Shown here: positions 58,048-64,000 of the stretch, piece after piece
Layout: every line of letters begins with the position of its first letter
How positions within the stretch are numbered: the stretch's first letter is position 1
Notes under the pieces: model-generated
Database searches by the model: none
What the model saw: the letters and a program-made list of their open reading frames with translations, nothing else
Told to the model about the DNA's origin: nothing
Program-made: the position numbers and the translations under genes
Assembly (NCBI GenBank): GCA_963716725.1
Contig: CAVQUB010000012.1
Coordinates: forward strand, 160,001-224,000
Direction of reading: 5' to 3'
Length of the DNA stretch: 64,000 nt
Source of the DNA: an uncultured delta proteobacterium
Lineage (GTDB): Bacteria; Myxococcota_A; Polyangia; Polyangiales; Polyangiaceae

Positions 58048-59773
58048 GGTGGCGCAGTCGGGGAGGATCCGCCGCCGCCTGTCCTTGGCCATCGGACTCA
58101 CGGCGCTGATCCCCATGTTGGGCGCCATTTGGATGGCGCGCAGCATGGTGCGACAGACGGCGGCCAGGTTCTACCTGCCCGAGATAGGAACGCGCCTCGA
58201 CCAGTCGCTGGGTTTGTACCAAGAGCTGGCGCGGTCGATCAAAGCGTCGATGCGCAACGCAGCTTCGGCGATCGCCGCATCGGGCGCGCTGCGACGCGCG
58301 GTCGCCCAGTCCGACGCGGAAGGCACTCGGCGCGCCCTTGACGAAGAGCTGAGCAAATACCCGGGCCTCGTCTCGCTGACGGTGCACGCCGCCGACGGAA
58401 AGGTCCTGGCGAGTGTCGACCGAGGTTCTTCGCTCGACCCGGCCAAAGAGAACAAGCTCGAGGTGACTCGCTACCTCGGCGGTGAACCCTCCCCACCGGA
58501 CACGGGCAACGAGCAGTACGAACCCGACGAGCCAGCGGAGGACGACGCGGCTGAGCCGGTCGAGCCCGACCAACCGCGAGCCGCCCGCCTGGTCGCCGTG
58601 TTCGCTGCCGACAAGGCGCGCTTCGACGAACTCGAGGGCATGAGCCAGTTTGTCGACACCTACAAACAGATCGAGCAACGCCGAGAGGTGGACGAAGAGA
58701 GCTACGTGTACTCGTTCGCCTTGCTCCTCGGCATCACCATCGCGGGCGCTTTCGGGGTCGGGACACTCTTGGCGCGAGGCGTCTCGTCGCGAATTGACGA
58801 GCTGGCCGCCGCCACCAAGCGAGTCGGCGCGGGCGACCTCAGCATCCGGGTTCCAGAAGCAGGTAGCGATGAGATCGCCGATCTCGCGGGGGCCTTCAAC
58901 CGCATGCTCGGCGAGGTCGAGGCCAGCCGCGCGCGCATCGAGTACCTCCAGCGGATCGGCGCATGGCAAGAGATGGCGCGGCGGCTCGCCCACGAGATCA
59001 AGAACCCGCTCACCCCGATTCAGCTCGCGGTCCAAGAGGTGCACCGGCGATACGGTGGTGAGGACGAGAAGTTCCAGAAGCTCTTGGATACGACCCGCGA
59101 GATCGTTGAAGACGAAGTGGGGACCTTGCGCCGCTTGGTGGGGGAGTTCTCGAGCTTTGCCCGCTTGCCCCAGGCTAGGCTCGAGAAGGCCGACCTCGGC
59201 GATTTCTTACGCGAGCAGCGCGAACGGATCAGCGTCGTCGACGACGACGGTCTCGACGCCGACGCACATCTGGAACGCGGCGCCGTGCTGCCGCGAAACG
59301 TCGAGCTCGACTTCGAGCTCCCCAGCGGCGCCGCAGAAGCGTACCTGGACAAACAAATGCTGCGACGGGCGTTGATCAACCTGATCCGCAACGCCGGCCA
59401 GGCCATCGCGGGTGCGGGCCGGGATACGGGCCGGGTCGTCGTGAGCGTTCACCGTGCGGGTGAGCGCTGGGTTTTGGACGTCGACGACGACGGGCCCGGC
59501 GTGCCCGCCGAGATGCGGCAGAACATCTTCGATCCCTACTTCACCACCAAGACCGAGGGTACGGGTCTGGGACTCGCCATCGTCAAGAAGATCATCGTCG
59601 AGCACGGAGGATCCATCGCCGCCGAGTCGGCCCCGCTCGGCGGAGCCCGCGTGCGGGTGATGCTGCCCGTGGCCGGGACGCCGGCGGCGCAAGCGTTGCT
59701 CGAAGCGAGAGAGTGGCAAGGCCCACCTTCCTCGGCTAGACCCAAGTCCGAACGTGTGCCCGGATCGAAATAG
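58034..59773 (+). CDS. HAMP-domain sensor histidine kinase (NtrY-like)
   Basis: Two TMs, HAMP, AWQEMARRLAHEIKNPLTPI, NLIRNA, DDGPG, FTTK..GTGLGL. Confidence 0.95.
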   Translation: MGTTEVAQSGRIRRRLSLAIGLTALIPMLGAIWMARSMVRQTAARFYLPEIGTRLDQSLGLYQELARSIKASMRNAASAIAASGALRRAVAQSDAEGTRRALDEELSKYPGLVSLTVHAADGKVLASVDRGSSLDPAKENKLEVTRYLGGEPSPPDTGNEQYEPDEPAEDDAAEPVEPDQPRAARLVAVFAADKARFDELEGMSQFVDTYKQIEQRREVDEESYVYSFALLLGITIAGAFGVGTLLARGVSSRIDELAAATKRVGAGDLSIRVPEAGSDEIADLAGAFNRMLGEVEASRARIEYLQRIGAWQEMARRLAHEIKNPLTPIQLAVQEVHRRYGGEDEKFQKLLDTTREIVEDEVGTLRRLVGEFSSFARLPQARLEKADLGDFLREQRERISVVDDDGLDADAHLERGAVLPRNVELDFELPSGAAEAYLDKQMLRRALINLIRNAGQAIAGAGRDTGRVVVSVHRAGERWVLDVDDDGPGVPAEMRQNIFDPYFTTKTEGTGLGLAIVKKIIVEHGGSIAAESAPLGGARVRVMLPVAGTPAAQALLEAREWQGPPSSARPKSERVPGSK

Positions 59774-59774
59774 C

Positions 59775-60323
59775 GTGAAGCGCGAGGTGAGTCCCAAGCA
59801 GCCTTGGTTGACGCTGGTGCTCGTCATCGGTGCCAGCCTGGTCTTTGGACTCGTCATTTTGCCGCGGCTCTCGGGCGGCAAGTCGAGCGCAATGGAAGGG
59901 CTCCCGGCCCCCGACTTCGAGCTCGAGGTGATCTCCGGCGGGGACGCCGGCAACCGTCTGCGCCTCTCGAATCTGGCGGGTAAGGCCGTGGTGCTCGACT
60001 TCTGGGCGAGCTGGTGCGGTCCTTGTCGACAGCAGGCTCCCATCGTCGAGGAGCTGGCCAGGGCTCATCCGTCTGGGGACGTGGTGGTCATCGGGGTGAA
60101 CACCAGCGACGATCGCGACGACGCGCTGGCGTTCACCAAGTCGGCGTCGCTGACCTACGCGATGGTCTTCGACGAGGGGACCCGGGTCGCGAGCGCCTAC
60201 GGCGTGCGGAATCTCCCGACGCTCGTCGTGGTCGACAAGCACGGAAAGGTGATGGCGGTGCGGACCCGAGTCGTCCGCCGGGCCGAGCTCGAGGAGCTGG
60301 TGGCCAAAGCGCTTCGCAACTGA
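59775..60323 (+). CDS. TlpA/ResA-family thioredoxin-like protein, membrane anchored
   Basis: APDFEL, LDFWASWCGPC, YGVRNLPT. Confidence 0.9.
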   Translation: MKREVSPKQPWLTLVLVIGASLVFGLVILPRLSGGKSSAMEGLPAPDFELEVISGGDAGNRLRLSNLAGKAVVLDFWASWCGPCRQQAPIVEELARAHPSGDVVVIGVNTSDDRDDALAFTKSASLTYAMVFDEGTRVASAYGVRNLPTLVVVDKHGKVMAVRTRVVRRAELEELVAKALRN

Positions 60324-60364
60324 GGCTGGCGTCCTCGTCCCTCATTTGGCAGGCTAGTCGGGTC

Positions 60365-60757
60365 ATGAGCAGTCGCATCGAGTCTTTCGAGGAGTTCTGG
60401 CCTTTCTACGTGCGGCAGCACTCGAAGAAGCTGACTCGCCAGCTGCACTTCGCCGGCACGACGCTGGCCGTGGGCTGCGCCGCCGCGGGGCTGGCGACGC
60501 GTCGCGGTTGGCTCCTGCTGCTGGCGCCCGCCCTCGGGTACGGCCCGGCGTGGCTCTCGCACTTCCTGATCGAGAAGAACCGCCCGGCGACCTTCAGCTA
60601 CCCAGCTTGGAGCTTGGCCGCGGACTTCATCATGTGGGGCAAGACGCTGGCGGGCACCATGGACGACGAGGTCACGGCGGTGCTGGAGGTCGACCGCGCG
60701 CGGGTGGTGTCCTCCGAGCCTCGCACCAACATGGCTACGGACGGCAGCCTGAACTGA
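60365..60757 (+). CDS. DUF962 (Mpo1-like) membrane protein
   Basis: SFEEFWPFY...HS...RQLHFAG, GYGPAWLSHFLIEKNRPATF. Confidence 0.88.
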   Translation: MSSRIESFEEFWPFYVRQHSKKLTRQLHFAGTTLAVGCAAAGLATRRGWLLLLAPALGYGPAWLSHFLIEKNRPATFSYPAWSLAADFIMWGKTLAGTMDDEVTAVLEVDRARVVSSEPRTNMATDGSLN

Positions 60758-60807
60758 GTGACATCTTAGCGGTTGACGGACCCCCTTCGCCGTCGCAAGT
60801 AAGCCCC

Positions 60808-61074
<267 letters not shown>

Positions 61075-61080
61075 GCAGCC

Positions 61081-62013
61081 ATGTCGCTCCCTGCGCGCGC
61101 GCTTGCTCTGTGTCTCGTCGCCGGGGCCTGCGCCTCGCGCCCGCCCCCGCCGCCCGCCATCGAGACTCGAGAGGTGGATCTCGAGCGCTCGCCTGAACCT
61201 CGTCGGTCCACGCCGACCTCCGTTGCCGCAGCGGACGGGGCTCCCGGACCGAAGCCGTTGCCACTCGCAGAAGCGTCGACGGACGCAGCGCCGGCCGTGA
61301 AGCTCGTCGAGGCGGGCTCCGAGCCGCGGCGTGCCCTGCGACACACGTTCCGCAAGAGCAAGCAGAGCCTGACCATCAAGGCTCTCACACGCGTCAAGGG
61401 CGCGAACATGCCGCTGCCACCCATGTCGCTGTCTGCGCCGATGGAGTGGCGCATCGTCGAGGTGAACGGGGCCGGCGACGCGCGCTTCGAGCTCACAGCG
61501 GGACCCTTCTCCAGCGGGGCCGCCGGCGGCGTGGCAGGTGCGTTGGGTGGGTTGATGGGCGGCGGCGGCGCCCCCGACAAGGTGGCTGGCTGGGGTTGGG
61601 TGACGAGCCGGGGGGTGATGAAAGAGTTCCACGTCGAAGAAGGGGCCGCCGACGGCGACGCTCCGGTGGAGACCGGCGATCCATTCCCCGACGAGGCCGT
61701 GGGCGTTGGCGCGCGCTGGATGGTCACCAGCACCGTGCGCGAGAAGGACGGCCCTGTGCGCCAGGTGAGCGAGTACCAGCTGCTCGGCGTCGACAAGAAG
61801 AGCGCACGCACCAAGCTGTCGCGTACGCAGACCCCCATGGGTCAGCTCGATGGATCGGCATCGGCCACCAGCAGTGGTGAACTCACCTTTCGATTTGGCG
61901 AGGTCTACCCGACCGGTCGACTCGAGATGACGCGGACCATGACCGTCAACCTGCCTGGTCTCGACGGCGCGGCGCTTCAGCTCGCGTCGGAGGTCACCGT
62001 CGCGAAGAAGTGA
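61081..62013 (+). CDS. Hypothetical lipoprotein
   Basis: Lipobox AGAC; LVEAGSEPRRALR and PFPDEAVGVGARW motifs. Confidence 0.8.
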   Translation: MSLPARALALCLVAGACASRPPPPPAIETREVDLERSPEPRRSTPTSVAAADGAPGPKPLPLAEASTDAAPAVKLVEAGSEPRRALRHTFRKSKQSLTIKALTRVKGANMPLPPMSLSAPMEWRIVEVNGAGDARFELTAGPFSSGAAGGVAGALGGLMGGGGAPDKVAGWGWVTSRGVMKEFHVEEGAADGDAPVETGDPFPDEAVGVGARWMVTSTVREKDGPVRQVSEYQLLGVDKKSARTKLSRTQTPMGQLDGSASATSSGELTFRFGEVYPTGRLEMTRTMTVNLPGLDGAALQLASEVTVAKK

Positions 62014-62016
62014 AGC

Positions 62017-62340
62017 TCAAGCCAAGAGCTGCTCGAGCAGGTCGAGGTTCTCGCGCTCCGCATCGTCGATCTCGCCGTCGACTGCGATCATCTGCCGGGC
62101 AGTGTCCAGGAACAGCGCGCGATGCGCACGTGGGATCCGGTTCGGATCGACCTCTTCGGCACGAGGCGGCGTCTTCAACCATTGCTGGACTTGTTCCTTC
62201 TCGTCGGCGTCCAACTCGAGCTTGCTCACCAGCTTCGTGACCAGGGCTCGCTCGCTGGCCTTCACCTCCAGATCGGCCCAGGCGAACGCGCACACGAACT
62301 TCAGTAGGAGCAGGCGCTCGTCCTTCTTCAGCTTCTGCAT
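62017..62340 (-). CDS. TerB-family protein
   Basis: AWADLEVKASE...IAVDGEIDDAE. Confidence 0.85.
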   Translation of the reverse strand: MQKLKKDERLLLLKFVCAFAWADLEVKASERALVTKLVSKLELDADEKEQVQQWLKTPPRAEEVDPNRIPRAHRALFLDTARQMIAVDGEIDDAERENLDLLEQLLA

Positions 62341-62496
62341 GGGACATTAGGGTAGTAGCCCGCCGCCGGGCTCGCGAGCAGAAATCGAGCGTGTCTAAGG
62401 TCTGGCTTTCTCAATCGATTTTCCGTGGCACCGGGCCAACGACCGGCGGAGAGGGTTTGGACGGGCCCAGCCGTATCTGCTAGCCAACCCCTTCGC

Positions 62497-63036
62497 ATGA
62501 TTCGGCCGCTCGCAACCATCGTCGCCGCTATTCTCTTCTCGCGGCCCGAGCTCGCACACGACGAGGCGGCGCGCTACGCGAAGATCGTCCATGAAGAGGC
62601 GAAGGCCCGACGTTTCGATCCGCTCACGCTGGTGGCGCTCGTGCACACCGAGAGCGCCTGGCATGCCGAGGTCGTCTCCCCGAACGGCGAGGACCATGGG
62701 CTGGGCCAGGTGCGAGCGCGCTTCGTGGGCGCCTGCAAGAAGGACGCGGATCCCCTCTCGAACCCCAGCGCCGAGTGCCAGGCCGTCAAAGACTCGCTGC
62801 TGGACGCCGAGACGAACCTCCGCGTGGTCGCGCAGCTCATCACCGACAACCAGAAGCTGTGCCTCGCCAAGACCAAGAGCGCCGCCTTGCCGAGGTGGCT
62901 CGCGAGCTATCAGGGGCTGAATTTTCCCAAGCAGAAGCGCTGGTGTGTGCCCGGCGACAAGACCTGGCGCGTGATCAAGTACCGCGACATCTTACTGAGC
63001 GAATCGCGCAAGCCAAAGGCGCCAGCAAAGCGCTGA
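62497..63036 (+). CDS. Lytic transglycosylase (SLT)-like protein with Cys-rich inserts
   Basis: FDPLTLVALVHTES, GLGQV, LLDAETNL, ASYQG. Confidence 0.7.
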   Translation: MIRPLATIVAAILFSRPELAHDEAARYAKIVHEEAKARRFDPLTLVALVHTESAWHAEVVSPNGEDHGLGQVRARFVGACKKDADPLSNPSAECQAVKDSLLDAETNLRVVAQLITDNQKLCLAKTKSAALPRWLASYQGLNFPKQKRWCVPGDKTWRVIKYRDILLSESRKPKAPAKR

Positions 63037-63063
63037 CGCCTCGGCACAATCTCCGCCCAGTCT

Positions 63064-64000
63064 TCAGAAGCGAACGGCGACCGTCGCGGAGCCACCGGCC
63101 TTGACCGTCGTGCCCGAAGCTTTGCGGCCATGCTCGGGGTGGATGAACATCACCGAGTGTGGGCCGGCGCTGACCTTGAGCCCCACCAAGGGCGTCGATC
63201 CAACCGGGCGCCCGTCGAGCACGACGTTGGCCATCGGGATCGAATTGATGTTGAGCGTGCCTTGCCCGCTGGCGTCGTCGGCAATGGCCTTCTTCGCTTC
63301 CTGCGGCTCGGCCTTCTTCGCTTCCTTCTGCTCGGCCTTGGCCGCCTTCGTCGCGACCGGGGCCTGCGCGGCGCGCTGAGCCACTTCTTCTGGCTTCAGG
63401 TCTGCAAGGTCCGTGGCCTTGACCTCGCCCTTGGGCGCGGGCGCCAGCGCGGGCGCGGTTGGCGAAAGGTCGATGTGCAGCGCGGCCTCACCGCCGCGTT
63501 CGACCGATATCGCCCGAGCGGCCGTGGTGGCGAATCCGGGCGCCTCGGCGCTGACGAAGTGCGTGCCCGCGGTCAGCTCATTGAGCTTGCAGGGGGCGCT
63601 CTCGCACTTGACGACGCCGTCGATCAGGATGCGCAGCCCCTCGATTTTCGAGCCGCCGGGACCCGCAGCGGTGATGGCGACGGCACCGGCCGCTGGCGAA
63701 CCGATCCCCAGCGCCGGGGCGCCCTTGACCGCCGCAAAACCCAGGCCGCCGATCAGGCCGAGGGATGCGAATGCGAGAGCCGTGACCAGCCCGGCGCGGC
63801 TCTTCTTCTGCACTGCAACCAGCGCGGGCGGCGGCACGCTGGCCGCCGTTGGCATCAGGCTGTGGGCGCGGCTCGCCGAAGTGGTCTCCTGCGTGCCGAT
63901 TGGGCGTGGCGCTGGCGGAGCAACGCTCGGCGGAGCGTAGCCCTTCATCGAGTTCGACGAAGCAACCAGGCTGGCGGCAGCGGACGCGCGTGTCGCCTTG
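63064..64000 (-). CDS. PEGA-domain membrane protein (5'-partial, runs off window end)
   Basis: Pro-rich region, one TM, two PEGA-like domains (GTLNINSIP.ANVVLDG...G.TP...V.AG.H). Confidence 0.8.
   Translation of the reverse strand, partial: KATRASAAASLVASSNSMKGYAPPSVAPPAPRPIGTQETTSASRAHSLMPTAASVPPPALVAVQKKSRAGLVTALAFASLGLIGGLGFAAVKGAPALGIGSPAAGAVAITAAGPGGSKIEGLRILIDGVVKCESAPCKLNELTAGTHFVSAEAPGFATTAARAISVERGGEAALHIDLSPTAPALAPAPKGEVKATDLADLKPEEVAQRAAQAPVATKAAKAEQKEAKKAEPQEAKKAIADDASGQGTLNINSIPMANVVLDGRPVGSTPLVGLKVSAGPHSVMFIHPEHGRKASGTTVKAGGSATVAVRF

Noticed and set aside
62017..62340. Tellurite-resistance (ter) operon
   Set aside because: Single TerB-like gene with no other ter genes.
62425..62441. 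TGGCAC upstream of the SLT-like gene as a sigma54 promoter
   Set aside because: The -12 TTGC element is absent at the required spacing.

Overview
High-GC (roughly 70% by eye) chromosomal window with the gene repertoire of a myxobacterium, most likely Polyangiales/Sorangiineae (inference from Glt-like TPR proteins, a bacNOP-like bactofilin triplet, Gly-tethered lipoproteins, a kinase-STAND-TPR protein and a PEGA protein). It holds about 58 densely packed CDS. Housekeeping genes (nhaA, pyrE, aroF-type DAHP synthase, trxA, purB, rnj, thiolase, M18 aminopeptidase, yggX-like) are mixed with many envelope and lipoprotein genes of unknown function. I found no rRNA, tRNA, CRISPR array, integrase or transposase. 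Five genes carry single-base frameshifts, most between 41.1 and 47.5 kb; these look more like read or consensus errors than decay. Most notable: (1) an orphan lipid-anchored bufferin(BufA2)-like Cys-repeat peptide with no DUF692 maturase in the window; (2) a perfect sigma54 promoter driving an unknown secreted protein, followed by a long structured 3' region with a perfect SD decamer and a strong terminator (sRNA candidate); (3) a 39-aa mini-paralog of a Cys-rich lipoprotein missed by the ORF track; (4) a VKOR-DsbA / Cys-rich OmpA-like / TlpA envelope redox operon; (5) a CrtC/AttH-like + lipase-like + desaturase-like lipid-modification neighbourhood; (6) a membrane protein with a RING-like zinc finger hidden by frameshifts. 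All family assignments come from motif recognition by eye, not database searches.
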